DNA of 64,000 nt from Felis catus (taxonomy: Eukaryota), in the NCBI RefSeq assembly GCF_018350175.1, contig NC_058369.1, forward strand, positions 7,688,001-7,752,000. Reading direction: 5' to 3'. Made by a program: the position numbers and the translations under genes. The notes under the pieces were generated by a model. That model was given only the letters and a program-made list of their open reading frames with translations, was not told the DNA's origin and ran no database searches. Of the stretch, positions 12,364 through 25,616 are shown piece by piece; position 1 is the first letter of the stretch; every line of letters begins with the position of its first letter.

Positions 12364-13944
12364 AGGACCCCATTTCCCATGGCCTGGGAGACTTGTCAGA
12401 AAGGAGTCCGACTCAGAGGCTGCTTATCCAAGATCATAGACTCCGTAAGCAGCAGGACCATGAATCCAAAGGGTCTTTAGCTCCAGAACCTGAATGCAAA
12501 ATTCTGGCCCCCGCCAGTTGTCAGGCCCCGGGGAGGCCCAGGAGCAGTGCTGGGGGGAGTACATTAATGAGCAGGAAGGGTGTAGTTGATGGAAGACCAT
12601 CTCACCAAAAGGTGAATCGGGCCATGTAAACCGGCCAGAAGCCAGCATCTGGGCCCCTAACACCCCTTAGGAAACAGGGTGCTCACGGGACAGGGGACAG
12701 AGAGAAGATAGACCGTGAGTCTTTGTCAGGGACCTCAGCTCACAGGAGAGCAGCTGCATTTAGTGGAGGCCCCCTCTCAGGGGATTCTTTTCACAATCCC
12801 TTTGCCGAGGGAGGATTCAACTTGCCTTACAGACCAGGCAAGGGCTCAGGGACATAGATTTGCCCAAGTGCTACTTATGGCTTCGAAGCACCTCCAGAGT
12901 GACCTGGAGACCCTTCCCGCACCTAAAAATGGGCTCCTCCCTTGAGAGAAGCAAATGGAACTTCCAGAAGAAACCAGGTTCAGCTCTTGCTGGCATTCAG
13001 CCACCTCCGCCTCTCAACCTCCAAAGTAGCGTTCATAAACACCTCAAGAGAAAGACTTAGCAGGCCTGAACTCCCTGCTTTCCAGGCCACATTCCAGCCG
13101 TCAGCGGGAGGGCCACACTCCAGAAGCCGGGAGAGGCTAGGTGTCAGCCCAACCAAGGTCAGGGCGGCCCCGAGTGCCAGGGCTGCTGGAGGGACGGCCA
13201 CATGCCTTGAGCCACATGCCTTCTGAGCCAGAAGGCCAGAGCTGAGTCACCCCACATGCTGGGGAATTAGTCACGGCTGCTGAGCTCTCACTTGGTGCCA
13301 GGCCCAGCAAGAGCCTCAGGCGGTGGCACTGACGCTCCAGGTTTCAAAAGGGACACTCTGCCACTCACCCCAGACAGGGGCCAGGCAGGAAGAGACCCAC
13401 AGGGTAGGTCTCTCAAGCACGCTCTCTGGGCTCAAGTGGCCGGGAATCCGAGCCGGGGAAACCAACTCGGGAGTGTGCCGGACGGACCCACTTGCTCCTT
13501 GCAGGGACCTTGAACAGGCAGACGGCTTTCTGTTTGGGGTCACAGGAGGCCTGCCACCGAGCTCAGCAGGTTTTTCCTTCCAACAGCTCTTGAATCAGTG
13601 TGCCGATCTGCTCCTCCAAGGCCACCGCCTCCAACCTAGGTCATCCTCACCTCTCTCCCGGATGCCTGCCCGGCCTCTTTCCCGGGCTGCCCCTCAGCCC
13701 TCCCACCACAGAGTCAGCTCTTACATCCACAGCAGTGGGAGGGCTCTTCTCAGAATCCATCTGATCAGGTCACCTCCTCCCTACCCCATGGCGTGTCCGT
13801 GCTCTTAGGGCCAACCCCACCCCATGCACTTAGCCCCACCCACGTCAGCTGTTGCCATACATAACTCCTTGGCTCACCCCGGCTGAGCCACATCTGGTCA
13901 TTCCCAGCCCTTTCCTGCCAGTCTCCAGTGGTAGCCGGTCTCCA

Positions 13945-14390
13945 AGAGGGCCCCCAACATCCTTTGCCTTTTTGGTATGCATCCTCTTGGGTGGGGGGGG
14001 GGTTCCTCTCCCACTTGGAGCCAGGGCCAAAGGAATGTAGAACTGAACGTACAGGACCTCTGAGGCTAGGTCATAAGATGCATTGTAGCACCACTTTTTC
14101 TTGAGGGGGAAGCCAACAGCCATATTGTCAGGAGGCTCAAGCAGCCTTGTGGGGGTGGAGGGGGGGCGGGGGCAGGGCAAGAAGAACCAATCAGCCAGAC
14201 ATGTGAGCAGGCCATTTCCAGAAGTGGCTAATCCAGCCCCAGCAATACCTGACAGTAACGTAGGAGAGCCCTCAAGCTGCAACGACTCACTTTGCTGCCC
14301 AATTCCTAACTCACAGTTGGGTTGAGAAGGATAATACATGGGTGTTGTTCTAAGCCACTAGACTGTGGGGGTTTTGTGATACAACCATAG
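13945..14390 (+). mobile_element. MaLR LTR (MLT1-like)
   Basis: gaggctaggtcataa, aagaagaaccaatcagccagacatgtgag, ttgttctaagccact. Confidence 0.6.
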
Positions 14391-14715
14391 GCCATTGTTG
14401 CAAGGTTTCTGCATTTGCTGTTCCCTTGGCCTGGAAAGCCCTGCTGCTCCACACACCCACCTCTCCTGCTTGGAAAATCTTTAATCCATTCTTTCTACTT
14501 TGGCTCAACCATCACCTCCCTCGAGGACCCTTTCCTGATCTCCTCCAGCCCAACAGATGTCTGGGAGGCTCTGAGAACCACAGCTCTTTTAGAGCCCTTA
14601 CCTTAGCTGGTGATCACATATTTTGGGGGTGATGGTTTAGGTCAGTCATACCCCCCTATGCCCAATACCTAGCAAAATGCCCAGGATATAGTTAGCACAC
14701 AATAGAGACTCATGG

Positions 14716-15230
14716 AGGGGCACGTGGCTGGCTCACCCAGTAGAGCATGCTACTGGATCTCAGGGTGAGTTGAGCCCCACGCTGGGCATGATTACTTTAA
14801 AAAGGGGTGTGGAAGGGTGCCCAGGTGAATAAGTCAATTAAGCATCCAACTTCAGCTCAGGTCATGATCTCACAGCTCAGAAGTTCAAGCCCTGAGTCGG
14901 GCTCTGTGCTGACAACGCTGAGCCTGCTCTGGGTCTTCCATCCCCCTCTCTGCCCCTCCCTTACCTCCCCTCCCCTCCCCTCCCCTCTCTCTTTCTCAAA
15001 AATAAATAAACATGCTTAAAAAGGGGAGCACTGTGGTGGCTCAGTCGGTTGAGTGTCCAACTCTTGATTTTGGCTCAGGTCATGATCTTACCGCCAGGAG
15101 ATGGAGCCCCATGTCAGGCGCAGCACAGAGCCTACTTGGAATTTTCTCTCTCCTTCTCTCGCTCTCTCTGCCCCTCCCCCACTTGTGCTGTCTCTCAAAA
15201 TAAAAAAAAAAAAACTTAAAAAAAAAAAAA
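14716..15230 (+). mobile_element. Three tandem Can-SINEs
   Basis: Heads at ~14716, ~14815 and ~15024. Confidence 0.8.
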
Positions 15231-15289
15231 GGGTTCATAGAACCCTGCATAGGTGAGGGCGTGATGCCTTTCCCCCCTTCCCCCAAACA

Positions 15290-16358
15290 TTAAATGTTTA
15301 GTCTGCAAACATTCAGCAAAATGACAAATGTATACACCCTTTTATTCAGCTATTCTAGTTCCAGGAATTTCTCACAAGATTCACTCACATGTGCAAAATG
15401 AGAAGTGGACACAGCTATTCACTAAGCTTTGTCTGTAGCCAAGGACTGGAAAAAACCTAGTTCTCCATCAGTGAAGTCAAGCTAAAGACGTATTCTATTC
15501 ATACAGTGACAGATCTCAGCAACAACAACAAAAGGGATATTTTTCCATTTAATACTTCAGAGTTTTCTGTTTAATTGCTACTAGGGAAAAAAAATATGTA
15601 GAACAGACTGCATAGTGTGATACGGCTTATGCAAAAAAGTGGCGAGAATTCTGTGTACTTACTTGTTTATACATAAAACCTTGGGAAAGAAACAAGAAAT
15701 GGTTAACTTCCTGGAGATAAGGAATGTTAACTAGCAGGGTAGGAGCTTTGGGCAGGAAAAGGAGTTTTTCTGAAGATTTTTTTTTATTTTGCTTTTTCTG
15801 GAATGCATGTGGTTATTTATGTCAAATAAAAACAACTGGGAAAGCAGCAAGGAAAGGCTCGTGTTTTCAGTACACGATGCGGGACCCAGTGGATGGTTAA
15901 ATGGAAGAAGGTAAATCTTGATCCCTACCTCACACCATATACACAACTCAATTCCGGATGACTTCCAGGTCTAAATAGGAAAGCAAAGTCAAGAAAGTTT
16001 TTAAAATAAAACATACAACATCTTTGGGACTTGGGGATAGGCAATTGTTTAACAGGACATAAAGTACATTAATCATAAAAGAAAATTTTAGGCTGCATTA
16101 AGAGGATTTTTTTGTCCATCAAAAGATATCACTAGAAGACAAGCCATAGATAGATGTTCACCGACCAAGGATTCCTATCTGCTATACACACAGAATGCCT
16201 TCAAATTAATAAAAAATAATGGTCTGGAGCTTTAAGTGGACAAGAGCTGAATAGGCACTTCACAAAAGAGGATATCCAAATGGCCAAGACTCCTGTGAAA
16301 AGCTGCCCAACATGAGTCATCAGGGAAATGCAAAATAAAACCTCAATGCAATGTTAGC

Positions 16359-16398
<40 letters not shown>

Positions 16399-16700
16399 CA
16401 GGATGACTAATATGAAAAGAAAGGAAAAAGTTGCAAGTGTTAGCAAGACCAAAACTCTCTACTAGAGAAGTCCAAGATCGTATGGCCACTTTGCAAAATC
16501 ATTTTCCAATGTCTGCTAAAGCTAAATGTACTCCTGCCCTATGACCCAGTAATTCCTCTCCTGGAGTAAATGCTTCTTCTATCCACCAAAGGAAACGTAC
16601 AGAAATATTCATAGGAACTTTATTCGCATTAGCTAAGACCTGAAGACCACATCAACATCTAATGATAATAAAACAGACAGTTACGTATTCTGCGATGGAA
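15290..16700 (+). mobile_element. Old L1ME/L1M fragments with a (CA)n repeat at ~16361-16396
   Basis: ataggcacttcacaaaagaggatatccaaatggcca, cagggaaatgcaaaataaaac, ccctatgacccagtaattcc. Confidence 0.7.
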
Positions 16701-16709
16701 TACTAAACC

Positions 16710-17056
16710 TAGGGGTCACAATTTTTTTTTCTGGGAAGGGTCAGATAGTAAATATTTTAGGACAAGTGGGTCATAGTCTCTGCTGCGACAACTCAATTCG
16801 TCCGTTGCAAAGAACAGCCCTCGGCAATTATGTAACAGAGTGAGCACAGCTATATTCCAATAAAACTTTATTTATGGACACTTTGAAATTTCAATGATCT
16901 CCTACTATTTTCACATGTCCCAAAATATTGTTCTTTTTCTCCCCAACAATCAAACGTTGTAAGAACCATTCTTAGCTTATAGTTTCCGCAAAAACAGACT
17001 GGGGTGGGGGGGGGCGTGGATTTGGCCTGCAAACTACAGTTTACAGAACCCTGCTC
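16710..17056 (+). mobile_element. hAT-Charlie MITE (MER58-like)
   Basis: aggggtc...cagatagtaaatattttagg...ccaataaaactttattta...gatttggcc...aaccctg. Confidence 0.75.
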
Positions 17057-17806
17057 TTCAGTATTGAGAATAAGCACTCTTACTCCATGCAAAAATACAG
17101 ACAAGTTTCAAAAACACGTGAGAGAAATCAGGCATAGAGGAGGACGTACCGCATGATTCTATTTATGTAAATCACTAGAGTACTTCTCCCCACTTCTCTA
17201 ACCCACTTCAAGCTTGGGCCTCCTTCCTTCCTTCCTTCCTTCCTTCTAAGACACTCAAATCCTGCCTTGCCTCCCTCAGTCCACCGCAGCCTTCTTTAGC
17301 CTGCCTGAGTCCCATGGCTGTCACCCATTATAGCCCACCAGACCCTAAAGGAAAACAGCGGACAGACCCTGGGGAATGACCCACCTCGTGGCGCACAAAG
17401 TGGAAGCACACAGTGTCCGCTCTAGAACTGCAAAGAAAATCTTCCTCGCCACATTGAGCAGGGATGAGAATTGGGCCTGCCCTGGCCATTAAATCAGAGG
17501 GACTTCACGTGAAACAGCTCCTTCCTGGAAATGACCACTAATTAACCGCAACTGCCTCTCCAAAGGCAATCGCTAAGTCATTGAAACTACCTGGCAAAGA
17601 GAGGTGACCAGACAGTCTCCAATTAGGGCACTGGGGGTGCCTCTAGAAGTTTTCTCACACCGGGGTGCCACGGTCGCTCAGTCAGTTAAGCATCGACTTC
17701 AGGTCATGCCCTCGCGGTTTGTGAGTTCGAGCGCTGCGTCGGGGCTCCATGCTGACAGCTCGGAGCCTGGAGCCTGCTTCGGATTCTGTGTCTCCCTCTC
17801 CTGCCC

Positions 17807-17872
<66 letters not shown>

Positions 17873-17976
17873 AAACCAAACATTTTTTTTTTTTTTAAGT
17901 TTCCTCACACTCCCAACTGTAGCCTAGGAGTCTTGAACCAGCTCATCAAGCGGAAGGAGCGAGGAGAGCATTTGCT

Positions 17977-18185
17977 TCAATCCGGGCACTGCTGATATTT
18001 GGGGCCGAATGATCCTTCGTTACAGGAGACTGTCCTATACGTTGCAGGAAGACCAGCCACATCCCTGACCTCTACCCACCAGACGCCAGTAGCACCTCTG
18101 CCCTCAGGTAGGGGGCAACCAAAAATGTCTCCAGACTTTATCACACATCCCCTGGGGGTGTGGAACCACCCTGGATGAGAACAGG
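17977..18185 (-). mobile_element. MER20-like hAT DNA transposon
   Basis: catccctgacctctacccaccagacgccagtagcac...caaccaaaaatgtctccagac. Confidence 0.8.
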
Positions 18186-18434
18186 ATAAAGTAATGGCCT
18201 TGTCTGAGCTGTATCTCCTCCGGGGCGGGGGGGGGGGGGGGGGGGTGTATCTTACAGCCTCCAAACCAGCATTTTGAAAATTGGAAGTCACGGATGGGTC
18301 ACATCAGGAGCAGCACAGGGTAAAAATGTAGAGTCCTGGGCCCTGGCATCAGATTCTTCCAGACCTGGTAGGTCCCAGGAAACTGTATTTTTCACAAGCT
18401 CCCCACTTGTGAAAGTTTAAGAAGCAAAAGTTTT

Positions 18435-19465
18435 CCCCAGCTTTATCGTGGCATCATCAATAATCATAAATCGCATATATTTGAAGCACACGACGTGAGG
18501 ATTTGATACACGTACACACTGTGAGATGATTACCACAATCCAGCTAATTAGCATGTCCAGCCCCTCACTTAGTTATTATTTTGGGGTGTAATGAGAACAC
18601 TGCTGTCCTAGCAAATTCCAACTGTACGATACAGTATTAACTACAATCANNNNNNNNNNNNNNNNNNNNNNNNNNNNNNNNNNNNNNNNNNNNNNNNNNN
18701 NNNNNNNNNNNNNNNNNNNNNNNNNNNNNNNNNNNNNNNNNNNNNNNNNNNNNNNNNNNNNNNNNNNNNNNNNNNNNNNNNNNNNNNNNNNNNNNNNTCC
18801 ACATATACACAAGATCATACGGTATTTGTCTGTGTCAGGCTTATTTCACTCCGCATGGTGTCCTGCGGGTTCATCCATATTGTTGCAAGTGGCAGGATCC
18901 TCTCCTTCTTCTTCTTCTTAATTTTTGAGAGAGAGAGCATGAGCAGGGGAGGGGCAGAGAGAGAGAGGGGGACAGAGTATCTGAAGCGGGCTCTGCGCTG
19001 ACAGCAGCAAGCCCGATGCGGGGCTCGGACTCACAAACCAGGAGATCGTGACCTGAGCCAAAGTCATGCGCTCAACCGACTGAGCCCCTCAGGCCCCCCA
19101 GGATTCCCTTCCTGATGGCTGAATAATATTCCATTGTGATTATGTATGTGTGAATGTATTTCTCTCACATTTTATATTATGTAATTCATATTTATAGATA
19201 TATATGTAACACATATTTAGTACACACACAAACATATGTATATCTCTCACATTTTCTTTATTCATTCGTCCTTTGACAAACACTTAGGATGTTTCCATAT
19301 CTTGGCTGCTGTGAATAAGGCTACAATAAACATGGGAGTGCAGATATCTCTTCGAGGTAGTGATTTCATTTCCATTGGATATATACCCAGAACTGTGATT
19401 GTTAGACCATATGGTAGTTCTATTTTTAATCTTAAAAGGGACCTGCATACTCTTTTCCATAATGG
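18435..19465 (-). mobile_element. L1 3' fragment (L1MA-like) with a SINE insertion at ~18920-19100
   Basis: ggcttatttcact, gttcatccatattgttgca, atggctgaataatattccattgt, gtgcagatatctcttcga. Confidence 0.8.
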
Positions 19466-21516
19466 AAACTTTCTAACATTGGATTATATATTTATTTTTA
19501 TGGACTGTCTCCCCTCCTAGAATGTAAGATCTCTGAAGGTAGGAATAAAAAAGAACACTCAACATTTATTTTGAGAAGTTGAGTTTCTTTCTCTCTTCTT
19601 CTTTTTTTTAAGTGTCTTTTTTTTTTTTTTTTTACATTTTATTTATTTTTGATAGACAGAGAGAGACAGAGCACAAGTGGGGAAGGGGCAGAGAGAGAGA
19701 GAGGGGGACACAGAATCTGAAGCAGGCTCCAGGCTCCGAGCCATCAGCACAGAACCTGATGCGGGGCTCGAACTCACAAACCGCAAGATCATGACCTGAG
19801 CTGAAGTCAGACGCTTCACCGACTGAGCCACCCAGGCCTCCCCAAACTGTGTTCTCAAGTGGCAGTACCATTTTACATTCGAAGTGGGGATTATTAACAT
19901 ATCCATTTTACAAATGAAGAAACCAGCAGAGGCTTGTCAGGTGATTTGTCCAAAGTCTGCTTGTGCCGTCAGTTGTTGCATTTGAGACTGAAATCTGATC
20001 TTTCTGATTTTGTAGTTTGCATCCTTAATACTTATGCCACAATCACCACTGAAAGTGAAACCTACCCACCCAACTTCATTTCCCTTTTTTTGATAGCTTT
20101 TAACTATTCCAGACAAGATATTCAGGGAAAGATCGTGACATCTTTTTTTTTCAAGTTTTCATTTATTTATCTTGAGAGAGAGGGAGAGAATCTCAAGCAG
20201 ACTCCATGCTCAGGGCGGAGCCGGATGCAGGGCTTGATCCCAGGACCACAAGATCATGACCTGACGGGACATCAAGAGTGGGAGCTCAACCAACTGAGCC
20301 ACCCACGTGCCCCTGGTTGGGGAACTGATAAAGGTAGGATCAGGCTGATGGCATCGGAACACCCCGATCAGTCTTTGTTATCAGCAAAAGAGAGAGACAG
20401 CTAGACATCATGTCTTCCTAATGGAAGTTTCCAGCTACCTGTCAAAATTGAAACCAAAATACCAATCTTGAATCCGACAAGGAAACATATTAAATGACCT
20501 AAGGGGCTGCCATCAACCCATACCAAACTACGGGAAACTCTCCAGGACTCCAGGACAAACAACCTGGTTTCTTCAACAAATGAGTTAGGAAGGGAGGGAG
20601 GGAGAAAAGAAAGGAGGAAGGAAAGAAACGGGAAAGAAAGGAAACTGTTAAACCTGGTTAAACAAGGTTAAATTGGTTTCACAAGGAAAGCTTGATAAAA
20701 GTATTACGGAGATTCATTACCCAAAGGTCATGAGGGGACTTTGTTTGGATTCTGATTCAAACAAGTAAAATGTTAAAAAAGAAAGCTGAGGGGCGCCCGG
20801 ATGGCTCAGTCAGTTAAGTGTCAGACTTCGGCTCAGGTCATGATCTCGCCGTCTGTGGGTTCCAGCCCCCCATTAGGCTCTCTGCTGACAGCTCAGAGCC
20901 TGGAGCCTGCTTTGGATTCTGTGTCTTCCTCTCTTTCTACCCGCCCCCTCCCCCCCTCCGATCACACTCTGTCTGTCTCTCTCTCTCAAAAATAAATAAA
21001 ACATCAAAAAAAAAAAAAAAGCTGTGACAGGGAAATTTTAACGCTGATTGATACTTTTGATAAGTACAACCATGGTATTGTGGTTAAGTTAAAAAAAAAA
21101 AAGTGTTGCTTTCTTCTAAAGATAAAAAGTGGAGTATATACGAAGAAGATGATGTGATGTCCTCCGATATTCTTAAAAATCTTCAGTGATGGGGCACCTG
21201 GGTGGCTCAGTTGGTTAAGCATCCAACTTTGGCTCATGAGATAACTGACCTATATTTTTCAAAACTGTCAAGGTCACAAAAGACAAAGAAAGGTTCAGAA
21301 ACTGTTCCAGTTGAAGGAAACTAAAAAGACAACCAAATATAACAAGTGATCTGGGATTTTCTTCTGCTTTAAAGGTCAGTAATAGGACAATAGGTGAAAT
21401 CTGATCAACATGTATAGATTCCTGATTTTGATTATTTTACTAAGGTTATATAAGAGAATGCTTTGTTCTTAGGAAACACGGTGAGGTATTTAGGTAGGTC
21501 GATGGACGCATGGATG

Positions 21517-21559
<43 letters not shown>

Positions 21560-24209
21560 AGGTAGATAGGAGGAGCCTAGACTGCTGGTAAATGGGCATC
21601 TGTCCTTATTCAGGACCAATTTCCAAATCCTTTTATATGAGAGAAATCAATTTCTCTCTCTCAATTTAAGTTACTAATATTCTGTGTTTTCTGTCATTTG
21701 CAGCTGAGCCTAATAACTTGATATCATAATTAAAAGAAATATTCCAGGGGCACCTGGGTGGCGCAGTCAGCTAAGCACCCAGCATCCCACTCTTGATTTC
21801 TGCTCAGGTCATGATCCCACGGTTCGTGGGATCAAGCCCTATGTTGGGCTCCCCGCTGAGCATGGAGTCTGCTTAAGATTCTCTCTCCCTCTCCCCCGTC
21901 CCTCTCCCTCCCTCGTGCGAGCACATGCTCTCTCTCTAAATTAAAAAATAAAATAAAATAAAATCACTTTTCTAAAAAGTTAAAATTCAGCTCCTGCATC
22001 ACGCTGGCCACATTCCATGTGCTAGTAGCTTAAGGATCTGCATTTTACCAGGTTGTTCCAGGTAATTCTGATACCGCCTAATATCCAACAGCCTCGGGAA
22101 GGAGAGAGGAGGTGAACATCATTATGCATCCCTGTGAGTTGGTCTGTTCTGTTCTAGGCTCCAAGATTTGAGAGATATCGGTAAATTAGATCTTCAGATC
22201 AGGAGGATCAGATGTGACTACATTTTTCAATCCAGGACCGCATGGGTTCAAATCCCTGCCCCTCCACTCACATGCCGCGTGACCCTGGTCAGATTACTTG
22301 ACCTCTCTGGTGCCTCAGGGTTTTTCACCTGTCAGAGCACCAATACCAGTCTATTCTACAGAGTACCTGAAGCCGTTGCTTCCCCTATTTTAGTTTCTTC
22401 ACAGAAAATAAACTTGACACTACGTGAAATGGCCAGCATTTGTTTTGGCTTCAACTCGTTTGACAAACATTTCTTGAGCACCTGCTGTGTCCTCACCACC
22501 ATTCTGAGCACCGGGGCCAAGCAGTGAACAAGACCTATACGAGTCCCTGCTGTCACAGAACTGGCATCCTAGAGGGCAGGTAGAAAATTAACAGGATAAA
22601 GAAGCAAAATGTGCTCCATGTCGGAGATTAGCAAAGGAAGCAGGCAGGACAAGAAATGTTCGCGTGGCCAGGGGCCTCACCCAAGGTGGTATTTTATGGT
22701 AGACCAGAAGGAGCAGAGAGGAGTCCCGGGCATATGTGGGGGAAGATGGGAAGATCATTCCAGGCAGAGGGACCAGCAGGTGGAAAAGCCCTGCAGTGGG
22801 AACATGCCAAGTACTGTTTAAGATGTGAGAGACACGGGGGCGCCTGGGCGGCTCAGTCGGTTAAGCATCTGACTTCAGCTCAGTTCATGATCTCATAGTT
22901 CGTGAGTTTGAGTCCTGCGTCGGATCCTCTGTCCCCCTCTCTGCTCCTCCTCTGCCCATTCTCTCTCTCTCTCTCTCTCAAAAATAGATAAACTCAAAAA
23001 GAAGTTCTAGAGACACAGTAATAAGACAGATGCAGTCTTATCTTCAAATGCTCACATTTTCCTGGGGGAGACAGATAAACTGACCTATAATCTCCTCCCA
23101 GGGGATAAGCTTGGAGAGGGACTGAAAAGAGAAAAAGATGGTCAAGACAGGCCTCTCTGATGACGTGGGAGTTGAACAGAGGCCTGAAGAAGGTAGAGGA
23201 AGCAGGTATATATCTGGGGGAAATCTTTGGACTGACTCTGGCCTGGCCTGTGCCTCTTTCTCCTCCCAGTTTCAGCTGGGGCTTGGGTTTCCAAAGGGAG
23301 GTTGTCCCCAGACTGTTAGAGGAGGGGAATCCTGATAGGGAGTGCAGACCTCAGCCTCTGGCTGCCGTCTGCCCCACTCCTTCCCCCCCGGGGCTGCCCC
23401 AGTGTTTGCGCTGGTGCTGGGGCGACCTAGGTGGGGCTCTAGCTTAGGGACTGGGTTTCCCCCATCCAAGTTCCAGATCTACCTCCAAAGGAGCCGCTGG
23501 GCCCGGTGCCTCTGGGCAGAGGGGAGTGTCACCCTGGAGCTGAGCTAGGAAGCCACCTCCCAGCTGTGTCCCATCTGGGTTTCTCCTGGTTCTGGGTGCG
23601 GCTGGCAGCCTGCACTCCCCACTCCCTCGGTGGCAAAGAGGGGGTTGAGGATACGCTCTGCGGCCCAGTGGTGGAGCTGGGAGGATCATATGCAGACAGG
23701 CACTGCCCTAACTAGCTGTGTGACCCTGAGCAGGTCACGTACCTTCTCTGAACCCACATCGCCACGATCGTGCCTAGTAACTCCCACCTCCTGAGGATTC
23801 ACGTCTTGGAAAGTGCTTGATGAAAAGTTACCCGTTCCTTTGGGGAATACTGAGGCCTGGAAGGGTATCTGGGCCCGTGTCCCCCAAGACCATCCCTCAG
23901 GGAGGAACATGTACTTGGGATGAAGTAGGGGACCTCCCTAAACACGCCAGGCTATCTTTAAAGGGAAGCAAGAAGGCCTGGAGTCTAATTAACCACTGGG
24001 AGGGGCCAGACAGATGCCTTAGGGAAAGGTCAGCATTTACCCGAAGCCACTGTAATCCTGGCTTGGGTGGGGTTAGGGGTTGGGGCACAGAATAGGAAAG
24101 CCGGCAAAGTAGGAGTGGCCTGGATGGCAGCCACCCCCCCCATCCCATCCCCCCTCCAGCCACGGGGTGCTAGTGGGGTGCCGCCTTAGCCCTAAAAAGA
24201 CAACCACCA

Positions 24210-25616
24210 CCAGAATGAGAGATTGAACCGTTTATTGGCCTGGGCCTGGATCTCAGGCATGGGGGGCATCTGGGGAGCTGTACGAGGGGAGACAAGCCCC
24301 CAACTGGCTCCTTGCCCCCCAAGACCCCCTCCCCAGCCTTTGCATTCACGAGAAATCACTTTGAGGCGTGAGGTTTCCTTCCCCGAGGAGAGCTGTACCC
24401 CAGCTCTCAAGTGGGGAGATGAGCCATTAATTACAAAGGGGTCTGTGCAGGGCCAGATCCCTCTTTGGCAGCTTCAAAATAGACACGAGACGACAACAGC
24501 ATCCATTCGGGGGGAACATGGTGGGGAGAGCGGGTCACAGATACCACACACGCACACAGACACACATAAATATACATTTGTACCGCAATGTCCCTTCCAT
24601 CTATCCATGGAATTTAGTAAAGTCCTTCTGGGGCAGGTGAGGGGAGAGCATCCCACAAATGTCCTCGGCATGCCCACCCCCGTGCTCCTCCGTAGGAGAC
24701 AACTCGAAAGGAGGCACAGTGGGTTCAAGGTTGCCCCGCCCCAGGAGATCCAGTACCTCCGCTGGGCTGGAGGTGGGAGTAGCTCTGGGTGGTTGTTTTT
24801 GCTTTTTTTTTTTGGGGGGGGGAATCCTGTGCAAACAGTTCCCCTAGAACTTTCTCAAGTTCCACCCTTTCCCACCAGGAGGCCCACCAGGAGCCACCAG
24901 GAGGCTCCTCAGCTCCCCCAGACCAGTTTTTCCAGCCCTCGGTGATTCCTCTGTGCCCCAAATAGTGCAATTGGCCGATGAGGTCTGAGAACGGCATCCA
25001 GCCCCCCCTCTCCACCCCATGGTTTCCCAGCATGTCATGGAGAGAGAGAGGAGAAAAGAAGAAGAGGCCAAAGTGGCAGCTGGTGACATTTGGGGAAGCT
25101 GTGGATTTGGGCTTTGCAACTGTCAGCCGGGGCCACCCAGGACAGTCAAGGAGGAGGCCTCCGGCCCCTGGGGGCAATGGTTCTGGGGGAAGTGGCCTAA
25201 GGTTGCCAGGAGGTGACAAGGGGGCTAGATTCAGAGAGGGGAGCCCTGTACAGGGCAGAGGGTCAGATGGTCATGAAATGTTGAAATCCCTTGTAAGGGG
25301 TTATAAGTGGCTCCTGCCCTGAGCTCCCCCTGAGTGCTTGCCTGCTGTCACCCAGGCCCCTTCCAGGTCCCCCAGTCCTCCCCACGATCCAGTTCTGAAG
25401 GGGCCACACCAGTTACTGCACTAGCCTCTGACCCTGCAGCTCTGCCATCCGACTGGCTGGTGTCTCAGCCGGCCAGCCCTGGCGTGAAGTATTTTCAATA
25501 CCACCCAGGTCTGTGGAGCGGGGGCATCTTGCTTGGCAACCCCACGTCTCTGTCCAAGGTCACCCGGTGTCTCTCCACGGAGCCCTCTGCCATGGCCTCG
25601 TGGCCCACTTTGCCCC
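24210..25616 (-). other. S1PR2: S1PR2 3' UTR to the proximal poly(A) site
   Basis: Follows the stop codon; AATAAA on minus at 24231-24236 with a downstream GU/U-rich element. Confidence 0.7.
24231..24236 (-). terminator. S1PR2: Polyadenylation signal AATAAA for S1PR2
   Basis: Plus-strand tttatt; minus strand continues into GGTGGTGGTTGTCTTTT. Confidence 0.7.

Noticed and set aside
11879-12373. ORFs containing X runs
   Set aside because: Created by assembly gaps
24223-24945. 240-aa ORF antisense to the S1PR2 3'UTR
   Set aside because: Non-ATG start, runs through simple repeats, no recognisable homology
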